From assembly GCA_964016885.1 (NCBI GenBank), contig OZ024742.1, forward strand, positions 192,510,001 through 192,574,000: a DNA stretch of 64,000 nucleotides. The letters are read 5' to 3'. Positions 35,001-49,100 of the stretch are shown in pieces (position 1 is the stretch's first letter; every line of letters starts with the position of its first letter). Both the position numbers and the translations under genes were made by a program. The stretch is from Eledone cirrhosa (taxonomy: Eukaryota). The notes beneath the pieces were generated by a model that was given only the letters and a program-made list of their open reading frames with translations, ran no database searches and was not told the DNA's origin.

Positions 35001-37675
35001 ACTTTTACCACCAAGCACAATTGCTGTATCCTAGCCTTGATGCTGCCAGTGACGACGTCTACAACTGTGCTTTGATTGACGTGGAAAACAGGACTGTTTC
35101 ACAGGGTGGGAATACTTTGCCAACGTACGGGCTGCCGCAACCAGTACGGACAGGGACTCATAACCTTCCGACAGAGCTCATTCGCAAAACAGCCTATGAT
35201 ATTGATGCTCTTGCTCAATACGTCCGTGAAACAAAGACAAAACTCCTTCCGGGACAGCAGCGGGCCTACAACACTATTTTCGACCATGTGCGAAACCGGA
35301 AAGGGGGAATCTTCTTCCTAGATGCACCTGGAGGGACAGGAAAAACGTTTGTAACTAAGCTTCTTCTAGCCAAAGTGATGCAGCACAAGGACACCGCTTT
35401 AGTTGTGGCATCCTCTTGTATTGCTGCAACTTTGTTACCCGGTGGTAGGACAGCGCACTCAGCCTTTAAGCTCCCCCTGAACTTGGCAACATCCGAAACA
35501 TTAGCAAATTTGCAACATTATCAAAACTTCGGACAAGGGACTGGTTCTCCGAAGGTGTCAGATCATAGCGTGGGATGAATGTACCATGGCCCATAAAGGA
35601 GCTCTGGAAGCACTAGCCACTACTTTGCAAGACATCTGAGACTGCCAGACTGCGATGGGAGGTATCACCCTTCTCCTATCCAGCGACTTCCGCAAGACCC
35701 TTTCCGTTGTTCCCAAGGGAACCACGGCAGATGAAGACCGGGCGTGCCTCAAGTCCTCTCCGTTGTGGCAAAAGGTAACAAGGTTGACTCTGACAACTAA
35801 CATGAGAGCCCAACTGCACGGCGACCAACTGGCAGAAGAGTTGGCTTCAGATATTTTGTCACTTGGCGATGGCAAGATTACCCTCTATGGAGATGGCGAA
35901 TTGTCACTCAGTCCGATTTGTACCATTGTCAACACAGTCGAGGACCTCAAGGCTCAAGTGTTTCCCAGTCTTCCTGATAACTACCAAGACATGAATTGAT
36001 TATGCGAAAGAGCTATTTTAGCTCCAAAAAAACATCACAGTGAACGCTATCAACGAGCAACTATTGCCATCTCTTCCTGGAAGGCTGCATATTTACAAGT
36101 CCGTCGATACAGTCCCCGACCAAGACCAAGCGGTAAACTACCCTGTTGAATTCCTCAATTCGATAGAACCTCATGACTGCCTCCTCATAGACTGGGACTA
36201 AAATTTGGAACTCCAATAATGCTTCTTAGGAATTTGGACCCTCCAAAACTTTGCAACGGCACACGTCTGGTTATAAAGAAGGTAATGCAGCACGTCGTTA
36301 TTTCAGGGTGTGGAAAAGGAGAGGATGTGTTCGTTCCCAGAATACCACTCATTCCATCAGGTGCAGAAATTCCGTTTACCTTCAGACGCCTTCAATTTCC
36401 GCTTCGCATAAGTTTTGCCATGTCTATCAACAAGTCCCAGGGGCAGACACTTTCGGTTGCAGGACTTCACTTGGAAGAATCATGCTTCTCACACGGTCAA
36501 CTATGCGTAGGCTGCTCCAGAGTGGGGAGCAAAGCAAGTCTTTTCGCGTACATCCCACGAGGGAAAACAAAGAACATTGTGTACCAAGAGGTTTTATGCC
36601 ATGTGTGCTCAAACGGACTAACTCAAGGTAAGGTTTTATACTACAGCCCCTATACAATTTCGAAGTTACACCTTCATATAACCATCCTTCCTTCAATCAG
36701 GTATAAGTCAGAAATTCGGAAAAAAACCACAGGCAGAAGGAACGACCAGAAAGAGCTCGGATGAAACCTTCCACTACATCAAACGGCCACTGCTATATCC
36801 TCCGCAGATTGACACGTTGTAAGCAATGTCAATGTTACTGCTGCTACATAGGACTCCCATTACCATCCCCAGTAGTCAGTTTATTGAGGGAGAAACAGAA
36901 GGGTCTCGAATTTGCCGTCCAAAAACCCCATTGAGAATAACGAAAACCACTAACATCAACGCAGAATGATACATTGTAGGTCGCTTTAACCCGTCTTTTA
37001 TTAATCAAAAAACTTCTTGCCAATAAACATTAACCCTTTGTGCGCCATTCATCTAACTGTAGACCAACAAATACCAACTAAACGGAGCGTTGACAAGAAA
37101 CGATGGCGAATGAATCTTCGAGGTAAGCAGTTTCCTCCCGAGCTGTTAGTTCACGCGGGATTATCTGCTACACCTTTTCGTAATAATACCGAACAACGTA
37201 CTGCTGATCACTCCTTCCTCCAAAAGCCGTACAAAGTGGACATGTGCATCGGGCAGATGGATCGGGTGCAAATCTACAACAGGCCTTCGCGAGAAATTCG
37301 CAAGGGACTGCACCGAGAGGGATAGAGAGAAAGAGTAACTCAGAGGAAAGAGTGCGAGTGAACTTTTGAGGTAAGTAGCCTACGCCTTAATGCTATGACA
37401 CTGGAACCTTCTGCCAACTGTGACTTTCTCTTTCACATTTACTGTAGTAGGCCAAAACAGAGGAGTATGAAAAGAAGGGACTCAACAATATTTCTATGAA
37501 CAATGCACGTAGACAGCTAAACTGTACTTTCAACTTCTTAATTTTCTCCAAATAAAACAAGTTTCCTGTTGGTATATTTTCGTAAGTTTTTAACAAGCAC
37601 TCACAAATAAACATTTCTCATTGGAGGTGCTATTACCAATGTTCTTACCCGTGCAACGTCGGGATACATTGCTAG
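32047..37675 (+). mobile_element. Helitron (decayed autonomous type)
   Basis: A|TCTATAC...TATAAAA 5' end, CCCGTGCAACGTCGGG hairpin and CTAG|T 3' end, no TSD, RepHel remnants inside. Confidence 0.93.
33214..36600 (+). pseudogene. Helitron RepHel (HUH Rep + PIF1-like helicase), multiply frameshifted
   Basis: PDLFITFTCN, KRGLPHAHIL, KYVCKYITKG, DAPGGTGKT, GGRTAHSAF, WDECTM, LCNGTRL, FAMSINKSQGQT, SHGQL. Confidence 0.93.
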
Positions 37676-38184
37676 TTTATTATAACATTGTGTTATTCCT
37701 TGTAAGTGAAATTAAGTGAATGGAAACTGTTTGGAAGCCCATTGGGGGAACTGTATCAATAATTCAAAGGGCCAAACTTGTCACTGTATCACACTGAATT
37801 TCCATAATAATGATGTTAACGGTACTCGTATCTGTGGTGATGTAATCGATTTTCACCCTCTACTAAAGTTGCTTGTGCAGGTCAGCAGGTATTTGCCATG
37901 CATTGCCATTCAGCATGACCATATGAGTTTCAGTTTCTTAAGAACTTTGTGGTAGGTCTTTCTTGTATTCCCTCTTCCAGATATATTAATGACATGTCAC
38001 TCGATAATAAAATAATCTTACATAAATTGATAATCAATAAAAAATAAAAAAGGGACTATAGGAGTTACTTCCCTTGAAATCTAATAATTTCAGGGGAGAT
38101 TATTTCAAATATTTTAAAAGGATACTTTACTAGTTATTTCCCTTCTATTTATTACTTCATTATATTCATCATGTACGTCATTCT

Positions 38185-38885
38185 GTCAGTATCGGTAGAG
38201 GATCGGACACTAAGCTTTGACGTATAGAGTTACGGCCCTTGCCATTCTGAGTTCAAATTCCGCCGAGGTTAACTTTGCCTTTCATCCTTACGGGGTTGAT
38301 AAAATAAAGTACCAGTAATGTACTGGGATAATTGCTGGGCTTGTGCCGAAAGTAGAAACAATTATTAATTACGGGGGTTAAGGACGATGGATTGTCAGTA
38401 TCAGTAGTGCGTTGGACAACTTGCTTTCTGGCATAGAGTTACGCCCCTTTACAATCTGTTTTCAAATCCCGCCGAGGTTAGCTTCGCCTTTTAACATTAA
38501 GGGGTCTATTTAATCGACTTCCCCTTCCTAAATAATGTAACCCTTGCGAATAAATCAGAAAGCATTATTAATATCCCGCCGAGGTTAACTTTGCCTTTCA
38601 TCCTTACGGGGTCGATAAAATAAAGTACCAGTAATACACTGGGTATTTAATGGTCTTGTGCCAAAAGTAGAAACAATTATTAATTACTAAGGATGAAAGG
38701 CGGTGGATTGGCAGTATCGGTAGAGGGTCGGACGCCATGCTTTCCAGCATAGTTACGTCCCTTTACGGTCTGAGTTCAAATCCTGCCGAGGTTGACTTTC
38801 CCTTTCATCCTTACGGGGTCGATAAAATAAAGTACTGGGTAATTGCTGGCTTTGTGCCTAAAGTAGAAACAATTATTAATTACTA
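38185..38885 (+). mobile_element. Head-to-tail array of about four SINE S1 units
   Basis: Repeated CCGCCGAGGTTAACTTTGCCTTTCATCC and GTAGAAACAATTATTAATTAC. Confidence 0.85.
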
Positions 38886-39540
38886 GGGCAATTTTTCTAG
38901 ACCTTAAAACTTCTTTTATATCTTACATAGACCTAAAGATATAAATATTAACTCAATATTTTTTTATTAATCATTAAAAACAACAACATCAAATAACAAA
39001 ATCACAACTATTTACATATTATACATTGCTGCAGTATAGAATTTCACGTTCTCAGGTGTAAGAACTCTATCTTTAGTTAGTGTTTTACCGAGCATTGAAA
39101 AACTACGCTCAATACTAGCTGATGTAGGTTGACACATAAGTAAGAAACTGTAGTCCATGGGAGATATTGACGTGTTTTCAATTCAGCAAATGCATCCTCG
39201 ATTCTTGGAATAGTAGAGTGTGACTATATTAGAAAGAGTCGGGGCCCGACGGCTGAGCTCTTGCCGTTTCGAAGCTAGTTCCAGACTTAAGAAACAGACT
39301 TACGAGTCACATTTTTTTTCGGGAGACTGGTGCACAAGAATTTAAAGGTGAAGGGGAAAAAAGCTGGGGAGGAGGAAACAGAAGGAGGAAGGAAAAAAAA
39401 CAAAAAACATCGAAATCTTAAAACCAAAAGCCGTGTAGAATTAATTCCACTTCAAACATGCGTATGTTACCATTAATACCAGTCAATAGTAACGTCGATA
39501 TAATAAACTTTCCTCTCACCGCCCCATATTGTTGGTCTGG

Positions 39541-39936
39541 TATTCTCGGGTCTCGAATAATCTTCCCCACCCATGCTTATTAATTTTATAGATTGTTTTC
39601 AACCTCCCCGTTTTTATTCTAACACCCACCACTACCACCACCACGCCCTGCATATTAAATTTTGTTAATCTATCGCTATCGAAATTTTAAGTGGTAGCAT
39701 TCCTGTGACAATTAATTTTCTTTAACCATTAAAAAACATTATACATAACAAAAAACGTTCATTACTAGAAATCCCATGTGTTATACAATAAATAGAATGG
39801 GTTGTGATCTCAGTATCTAAACTAAACGACTAATTCTGTTTTTAAAAATAAATCAATGATGAAAGCCTAGAAAAATTACCAATTTCCAAGACCCCGCTAT
39901 CCCCTTACCCTACTATTATTTGGGACCCATGGGTAC
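39541..39936. mobile_element. MITE-like repeat (related to 18260-18950)
   Basis: CCTAGAAAAATTACC / GGTAATTTTTCTAGG and TATTATTTGGGAC shared in inverted orientation. Confidence 0.45.
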
Positions 39937-41884
39937 TTGAATTAGAAACGGTTCAATATGCTTAATATTCAAATGTATATATTTACAAACAGGAAGAGAT
40001 AAAATAGTAGTGTGGTGTATAAAAAGACAATAAATATAGAAATATGGGTACAAACTTTACACTCTTAGCTCCGCCTCGTGGGCAACATAGTGAAAGCTTT
40101 GCCATTGGCAACAACCACCGACACCTACCATAGTGCTCCTTCATCAGGTGGTATGCTCCCCTCCCGTTTTCATGGAGGAAGACAGCAGTTTGGGGGATCG
40201 AGGACACTAGAGAGCTCGAGAATAACTAACCAGCAGGAACAGGATGTCGTTAATAAATTCCCAGTATTTAGTTACCTTTTACTCCATAGTGTTCAGGTAT
40301 GTGTCTGAATTGATGAAGTTGGCATCAGACAACCTCTCGCCACCGCAACATTAGCAAAATACTTTTTCGACGTTCTACCGGTTCTGTCCTTCACCGATAT
40401 TTAAATTTTTAAGCAAATTGATGAAAGACTTAATAAATAAATGAATTAAAAAATAAATAAACGAATAAATAAATACATAAAATAAAAATGAGACATATAA
40501 AAAAAAAAAAGGTGTTTATTCAAAATTATCACTCTTTGAGCAAAACAAAGATGTTCCCCTGGAGATTGTGTTTCTGTCTAGTACCTTTTATGTGAAGCTG
40601 TTTGGCTCGGTGTTTAGGTTATTCAGTTCATAATCGTAACTTAGTGAGTTCGATTCTCCGAACAGGTAGCGTTTTCTGTCATTGAGTAAGACACACATTT
40701 CCATGTTAGTCTAGTCTATTCTGCTGGTAAAAATGAGTTGTGTCTGTAAATCAAATTACTGGCATTGTCACACTGTATCACAATAGATATCCCCAAAGAC
40801 TTATGTTAAGAGAACACATGACAGTAGAATACTCATACAGCGATTTGGGGCAATTTAAGCCTGGCGGAGCCCATTTCTCTCTAGGTCTAAGTACAGCAGA
40901 TTTCTTCTAGAGAGAAAAAAAAATAGAAAGTGATAGAAAGGAAGTAAGAAAGATATATAGAGGAAGAATCGAACACAATACTAAACTGGTCTTTTTCTTC
41001 GACCTTAAATTGACGAAACGCAAAATAGACCGGCGTGATTTGAACTTATAATAGAAAGCATTCTATCCGACGATCTAACGACTCTGCCAATTTTCCGCCT
41101 TTAAATGAAACTAATACAGGGAAAAATGATTGACATCATAAATATTTGAGAAAGAAATCACAAGCATGGAGAGCCAACGACCGTCCTAGTCATGTCCTAG
41201 TCACGTTTCTCATTTCATGCAAGTTCCTAGACGTCGCTAATAATTAAATCTCCGTTTATAGTAGTGTTTAATTTAAATTAAATGGTTACGGGAGAAAATG
41301 GTTAGCAATACGAGAGAGAATAATGTTCGCAGCAATTTCAATTTTCATTTCATGCAAATTCACAGATGCCGTTAATAAAATTCCCTAAAAAAACAAAAAA
41401 ACAAAAAAAAAAAAAACTGAAAAAACTGACTTAACTGTGTGGTCAATACTTTCAGTTCATAAGTACGTGGATTCAAATTTAGTCCCACTGTTGGGTACGT
41501 TGGGAATGTGTTAGCTTGGTCAATTCCTTGTGAGTGAAATTTGGTAGAGTGAAACTGTGAAAACGTTATATACATATATATAACGTTTTTATCATTTACT
41601 TGCATTAAAGCACGGCGTTGCTCGGGGTCATTAAGTTACCAAAGTTAGGTTGCACCACCCATTTTATGGCAACACTTTTTTGTCTGCCAGGCACTGGGTG
41701 AATGAATTGCAGACCTGGAAGCATGAGCTGCGCCAGCAGTGAAAATTGTAGTTTCGCCTATGGATATTATCTCTGTGCAAAAAAGTGTTGAAATTTATTG
41801 TTTCACAGTACTTGCGCAACATGTGCGTAGACGAGGCCAGCCAAACAACAGAGCTGCGATGGAGTTGTTCTGCATGGTTGTCTG

Positions 41885-42437
41885 TGTGTTTTCTAAATTT
41901 AAGACAGTAGGGAGGGTTGTGATATGAGGGAAGAGTTAGCTGTTGTTTCTAGCAGGTTTAGTGACCTCATAGAGGATATGTGTTTTCTAAATTTAAGACA
42001 GTAGGGAGTGGTGTGATATGGGGGAGAGTTAGCTGCTGTTTCTAGCAGGTTTAGTGACCTCATAGAAGATATGTTTTCTAAATTTAAGACAGTAGGGAGT
42101 GGTGTGATATGGGGGAGAGTTAGCTGCTGTTTCTCGCAGGTTTAGTGACCTCATAGAAGATATGTTTTCTAAATTTAAGACAGTAGGGAGGTGTGTGATA
42201 CGGGGGAGAGTTAGCTACTGTTTCTAGCAGTTTTAGTAACCTCATAGAGGATATGTGTTTTCTAAATTTAAGACAGTAGGGAGTGGTATGATATGGGGGA
42301 GAGTTAGCTGCTGTTTCTAGCAGGTTTAGTGACCTCATAGAAGATATGTTTTCTAAATTTAAGACAGTAGGGAGGGGTGTGGTCTGGAGGAGAGTTAGCT
42401 GGTGTTTCTAGCATGTTTAGTGACCTCATAGAGGATA
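41885..42437. repeat. 91-94-bp minisatellite, 6 copies
   Basis: TTCTAAATTTAAGACAGTAGGGAG recurs at 41891, 41985, 42076, 42167, 42260 and 42351. Confidence 0.95.
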
Positions 42438-42454
42438 TTATTGTTTATCATTAT

Positions 42455-42566
42455 CTATAAAAGGCAGATTGTTGTTGTTGTTGTGTGTGTGCACATGTTC
42501 CATGTTTATATATAAAAGGCAGATTGTTGTTGTTGTTGTGTGTGTGCACATGTTCCATGTTTATAC
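42455..42566. repeat. ~55-bp direct duplication
   Basis: TATAAAAGGCAGATTGTTG...CATGTTTATA occurs twice. Confidence 0.85.
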
Positions 42567-44007
42567 ATTTGCACAATTTCAAACCGATTCGACTCAAAGT
42601 CTGTAAGAATCCACGTTCGTTGAGAGGTTTTAAAAAAGATTTATCGCTTGTTGTTGAATAAATGTATCTGTTGCTTTTGAATAATTGTCGTTTCGTATGA
42701 AATGTAATAATTGTTTCTACTTTTTTGGCACAAGGCCAGCAATTACCCAGTACATTACTGGTACTTTATGTAATAATAAACGTTCTCTCTCTCTCTCTCC
42801 CTCTCACTCTTTTCTCTCTCTCTCTTCGGCAATCACGCACGTTTTTAAATTGCTTTAAATGTTGTTAATGAATAGTCGTGTATTTGTGGTTATAAATCCA
42901 GCACGTTGTTTAATTGCTTTAAATTTTTTTTGATCAATTTATGTGAGTGTGTGTTTGTATGCGTTTGGAAATAAATCAGTAAGTTTGAAGTATGAAAGAG
43001 AAAGTAGCAAAATGTGTGGGTTGTAGATAGAGGATTGCAGATGATATGACAGAGTAAAACGGACAGTATCACCATCAAGCTTGGAAAGAGAAAGTAGCAG
43101 AAAGTATGAAGTTGTATAGATTTTGAATGGTAATGGAAAGAGTTTAGCATTTTAAATGAGAGAGAAAATCGTAAAATATTGAGTTTTATCTATTTTTTTG
43201 CGTAATTGTGGGTGAAATTGAAAAAATTATCTGTGCCAAGACGCAATCGAAGCTATTTCGAATACTGAATTGTAAATTTCAATTGAAGAAATTCTATATC
43301 GTAGATTTCTATAACGAAGGAGCATGTCCGTACACTGAGCTTTATAGATTATGATTTTGTTTGACCTGTTTAGCTTGATTTGTTTTTTGGCTTAGGTGGT
43401 TAATGCCTTCTTGACCACTTTTTCAGTTTGTATGGCGTTTTAACATATTGTTTAGCTCTAGTTTTCTTAACTATTGGAGCGCTTGCCAGCATTTATACGA
43501 TTTTGCGTTTCGTTTCGCTTTTTCTACCAGCCGAAATACGGTTCTCGCAGAATTTATATTTATATATATATAAATTAATAAAAACAATGAATAAAAACAA
43601 AGAAACAGTTCCTTATATTAAAAAATTCATCATTTTACGATCGTTTCTAGGATATATATGTGTGTGTTGGTATGTATATCATATAGATCTATGTAAACAT
43701 TTTACAAACTATCAGAGGAAATATACATACCTTCACATATATATATGCTGTCTTCAGAAATAATGACTATGTTTTCCTGTGATTTTCATCGAAAAAATGT
43801 TTGAATACATCTCTTTTCATGATATTTGGATTACATTGAGTTCTTCATACGGATTGGACACTACCGTATATTTTGGTAGATTTATCTACATATATATATA
43901 TATATCGTCCGAAACGTTAAGATCCTCTTCCTGCTATTTCAAGTGTTAACCTGAAATGTTCCTTCCATATACTGTACCGATTGAGTTGTTATTTCTGTTT
44001 ACCTTTT

Positions 44008-44063
<56 letters not shown>

Positions 44064-44177
44064 ATGTAGTTGACGGCTAAGAGAAAGAGGTAGTCAATAC
44101 CGAAGTAGAGTTTTAATATTCATTTATATTAAGGTTAAAAACTAAGACTTCTTACTCTGGAATTTCGCCAGACAAGA

Positions 44178-44298
<121 letters not shown>

Positions 44299-45189
44299 AA
44301 CATGTGTGTAAATATCATCATCATAACTAATATCGCCAAGGTATTTTATTACTGTGTAACCTTTTAGTAACACTCACTCCAATTATATGTTTATGTGTGA
44401 CAGTCATCTGGAGACAAAATAGGATTTTATGACTGGAATTCTGCTATTACAGATTGTATAATACATGAAGTAAGTAGAAGATCAATTAAATCGTCTAATT
44501 AGAATTACTAGCTATAATTCCCTTCAGGACCTCTGACTCGTTTCTAATAACATGACATTTAAATCCAAGCAACTGTTTTTTAACATACGAGTTTGTAATA
44601 GTGTAAATATCTGCAAAAAAATTGTTACATGCTATTTTTGTGAATGGTTTACATATACAGGATTGATCACTTACCGATCTGTTAAGCTCTAAAAACCCAA
44701 ACAGGGAGTACCACGAAAAAGGTGTCCCCTAACAGGGAGAAATGGGGCAAAATGGGGAGATTTTATATAATGAAAGCTATACCCATTTTCACAAAAGAGT
44801 ACATACACTTCTCACCCATCCCAAAGTGTCTGGAAGATGTCCCCGTTTGACAGGGAGAGTTGACAGGTCTGCACTTATATGTTAAGGTGCTTCGCTTTGT
44901 GGTTAAGACATTCTGTTCACGATCATAATGTCGTGAGTTCAATTCATGGTAGCACTTTGTTTCACGTTGCTCCAGTCCACTGAGATGGCAAGATTATGTT
45001 TAACTTAGAGACCAACTTCTGTGTCTTATATTTCCCGTGGTCGGACAAAGGCCTCGTTCAAAGAATACCGGATATAGGAGGTCCAAATTGTACACACACA
45101 TATTTATGTATATAATTACTTATATATACTGTTTGTAAATATATACATTTGAATATTAAGCCTATTGAACCGATTCTAATTTAAGTACC

Positions 45190-46112
45190 TAAATTAATAA
45201 TCAAATTATATAATATGCATTTTATTGTTAGTCATGAGACTTATGACTAACAAACGAGCTACTCAACATTTCTAAGCTTAAACCAGTCACATCAGTTATC
45301 AAGTCAAGAGTATTTAAACTGTACTGTAATATCAAAAGATCAACTCATAGTGTGAGTAGGTTATGCCTAGAAGGAATGTTAGCCAGTAAGAGAAGCAAGG
45401 GTCGACAGCCAAAACACTGGATTAATAATATTACCTTATGGCCTGGACTTGACCTTTGCTCTTTAAACACTGATGTTGGTGATCGAATTTTGTGAAGAAG
45501 AATATCTCATGTTGATGGGCAGTCTGCAACAGGCAGTGTGAACATCTAGGATTATAGTTCATTGTGTTTTCTTATGCACGTGACCAGCACCAAACCCTTA
45601 CCTTCGGTCCGTGGAGAAATTGTCTTGCATGACACCGGTCCGTGGTGTAAAAAGGCTGGAGACTGCTGATGTAAAAGTTACCTCATAGGCTCGAATTTAA
45701 AATATTGTTGTTGCTATTTAGTACAAAAGTTAGGTCGGTGTACTTTCAAAATCAGTAGAGCGTCAGTTAACTACTTAGCAGTAATTGTTTCAGCTCTTTA
45801 CATTCTGAAGTCAAATCCCGCTTAGATCAACTTTGCCTTTCTTCCTTCCGGAGTCGATTTAATCGATTTTCCCTCTCACAAATTACTGTTTTTGTGTCTA
45901 AAGTATAAACCGTTATTTAGTACCAGATCAACTTTCGAAGACCAAACGAGAGCTGTTATTGACTGAAAATAAGTACAGAGACGGATTAAAGGATTTGTGG
46001 TACACATCCCTTTGTGGTCTAAGTTCAGATTTCACCGGGTACAAGTAATATACCGATGTGCCTGAAATCACCACACATGGAGAGTGGAATGACTCGGGCC
46101 AAAGTAATTCGA
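45190..46112. repeat. Left arm of ~0.9-kb inverted duplication
   Basis: Reverse complement of ~52918-53870; a mosaic of RTE, hAT-like MITE end and SINE fragments. Confidence 0.92.
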
Positions 46113-46157
46113 AAACGCAAGGTAAGTCGGAATGCCTTCGGCTACAATATATATATA

Positions 46158-49100
46158 CTAGCAGAAGTACCCCGCGTTGCCCGGGTGTAAGTCGACCTTT
46201 GCTCTGTTGTTAAAATGTGTGAAGTTACTTCCCGCGCATCACAGGTGCAAAAACCTTCCAACCTCAAGGAAAAAAACAGAGCTTAGTAGACGCAGGTGTG
46301 TAATTGAGCATAAATAATGGATCAATTGTAGGTTCACAGTGTATCGTTGAAATTGTTCTTTGCACAACTGACGGAAGTCAAATTCACTTGAAATTGAATT
46401 TTCAGTTGATTTTTAAAGCAGGGTGAAAAAGTCGATTTATTCATTTTTTTATTTTTATTTTTTTTTACAATTTTCGCAAAATAAAAGGGACTTTATCTGA
46501 ACCGCAGCATAATGGCGAGTCTTTTGTGACAGTTTTCAAGAAAATCGGACGTTCCTGTAAAAAAGTTTCCCATGTGAACCCCCGCTTCAGTTTTATTGAT
46601 TTTTTACATGAATGCCTGACCTCTGAAGTAGATTTGAGTAGCTAAAAACCTGTCCCGGTAAATTTGCTATAGGTGAAACAAAGTTGATCAAAATTGTGTC
46701 TAGGATTATTGCCCTTTGCAACAGCCTCAACGTGTCTTCAAGTATGGTTTGTTAATTTGTTGTGGAACTAAATAGACTTTCGTCAAATCCGACCGAGGAA
46801 ACAATGTTTCCATTTGTCTTTCTAGCTGGTGTACCCTGTTACACGCGGCGCTGGATTTAAACGGGTCTGTACTAAATTCCAGCAGGATGCTTTAACCGAA
46901 ATAAATGAAGAACAAACGTTTCTTTTTGTGCTCTAATCTGTGATATTGGTATTTTGAAAAAATAGTCCACAAACATCCATGGAGCATGTGTAACTCATGT
47001 ATCAGGTTATGAGAAAAAGGGTTTTCGATCTCCATTCATAAGATACCCCAAAAATTGCACGCAAATAAATCGGGATTTTAAGGCACAGCCCAATTCATAG
47101 CTGAAAGGTAAGAATCAAGTGGAATAATGTTTTGCGATATTGTCAAATGTACAACCGTACAAAAGCAAAGGATATAGCCATTGAAATCTAGGTAGACCAA
47201 AGAATTTGGTGGGGTTGTATATCAGAGGATTGTTTTCCTTGTGATTCGCGTCTAGCCTACAAAGTGAAGTTAGATGATTGTAGTCGGTGTTGTATCAATA
47301 ACAAATAAAAGCATACGGAAGACTGAACACTTACGAATTAAGTGAAAATCACGTTGATATTCTTATCGGAGCAACATGTGCCGAAAAACCTGACGGACTG
47401 TTGTGTCAATATTGAAATCGTAGAAATTGCGAATCCTGACCTCTAAGATGAAATGGATAGGCCTTGGAGGTGAAGAGGAAGAATTGGTACAATTGTTTTG
47501 CTGAACATGTTGACTATTAATTTAAATAGACTTACGCAGCATCATCGTGCGGTTTTGTTGTTTATGGCCTAGAATGAGGGCCGGTTAAACGCGACAGAAA
47601 AATAAGCCATGCTGATGATGTTTAGAGGCGTTGCAGGGAATAGATGCGGCGTTGTGAGTCAATTGTAAGGACAATGGAAGGCACGCTGATCGCTTGAGAA
47701 GACACGATGCTACACAGCCATGATTGAAAGAAAGGCATGTCAGGAGAAATGAAAGAGTTGCTATTCATCCTTTGCTTAACATGATGAACATGTAATTAAA
47801 AAAATTTACAATGGACTATCGTGCACGTTGGTATTGTGTTTAGCCTGCGAAAATCGGTGGTCAAATGGGGCAACAATAAGCCATGCTGATGACGTTTAAG
47901 CGGGAGGCAAGGAATTGATGCGGCATAGATAGCAATGGGAGTCTTGAAAGAGCACGGCGGTCAGGCAAAAGAAAGGGCCGGGGGGGGGGGGGGGGGCTGA
48001 CAGTGCATGGAGGCGGCATCCTGAGGCATGACGATGCAGTGGGACGACGGCCAGCAGGCAAGGAAGAGGCCAGGGGTGGACGGTGGCAAGGATGCCGCAT
48101 GGTGAGCCATGGCAGTCTTGAAGGAGTACTGCGGGCAGGCAAAAGAAAGGGCGGAGGAGGGGATGGCGGCTGACAGAGCATTGATGCGGCATGGTGATGA
48201 ATGACGATGCAGTGGGACGACGGCGTGCAGGGAACGGAGAGGGCAGGGGTTGACGGTGGCAGGGATGCGACTTGGTCCCTCAAGACTGCCATACCTGGGC
48301 AGTGGAAAGGGTCGGGGAGTGGATGGCGGCTGACAGGGCAGGGATGCAACATGATGAGGCATGACGAAAGGGCAGGGTGCATGGCGGCTGACAGGGCGTG
48401 GATGCGGCATGCCAATTGAATTGCACCTCGGGAATGTAGAGAGCACCGGGAGGCACGATGATTGTTTGAGAAAACCGGGTGCAAGGCAGGATGTTTATCG
48501 GCCATACATGATCGGTAGCCTTTGGAGGTGAAAGGGATGAATTTTTGTTTAATTTTGTTAAATATGGTCAAAATGAATGTAAAAAGACTTACACAGGATC
48601 GTCTTCATGTTCGGTGCTGTCTTTGGTCTCAGATAATGGGCGGTTATGTGCGGCGCAGGAATAAACCATGCTGATGATATTTGAGCAAGTTGCTGGCAGG
48701 GCAGGAATGCCGCATGGTGAGCCATGGCAGTCGTGAGGGACCAAAGCGTGCGGGCTATGGAGAGGACAGGGGCTGGCGGTGGCAGGGATGCGGTTTTGTT
48801 AGGCATGGCAGTCTTGAAGGAGCACGGCGGGCAGGCAAAATAAAAGGCTGAGGAGAGAATGGCGGCTGACAGATCATGGATGCGGCATGGTGAAGCATAA
48901 CGATGCAGTGGGTCGACGGCGTGCAGGGAAGGGAGATGGCCGGGATTGACGGTTGTAGGGATTCCGCATGGGGAGCCATGGCACTCGTGAAGGACCAAGG
49001 CGTGCGGGTAAGGGAGAGGGCAGGGGAGGGCATGGAGGATGACAGAGCATGGATGCGGCATGGTGAGGCATGACGATGCAGTAGGACGACGGTGTGCAGG

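Noticed and set aside
39983-40400. GC-richer island with short ORFs (also 41600-41880)
   Set aside because: No recognisable motif or consistent exon structure; possibly old TE debris, cannot be supported without a search.
41885-42437. CRISPR-like regular repeats
   Set aside because: No unique spacers, no cas genes, eukaryotic context; a plain minisatellite.
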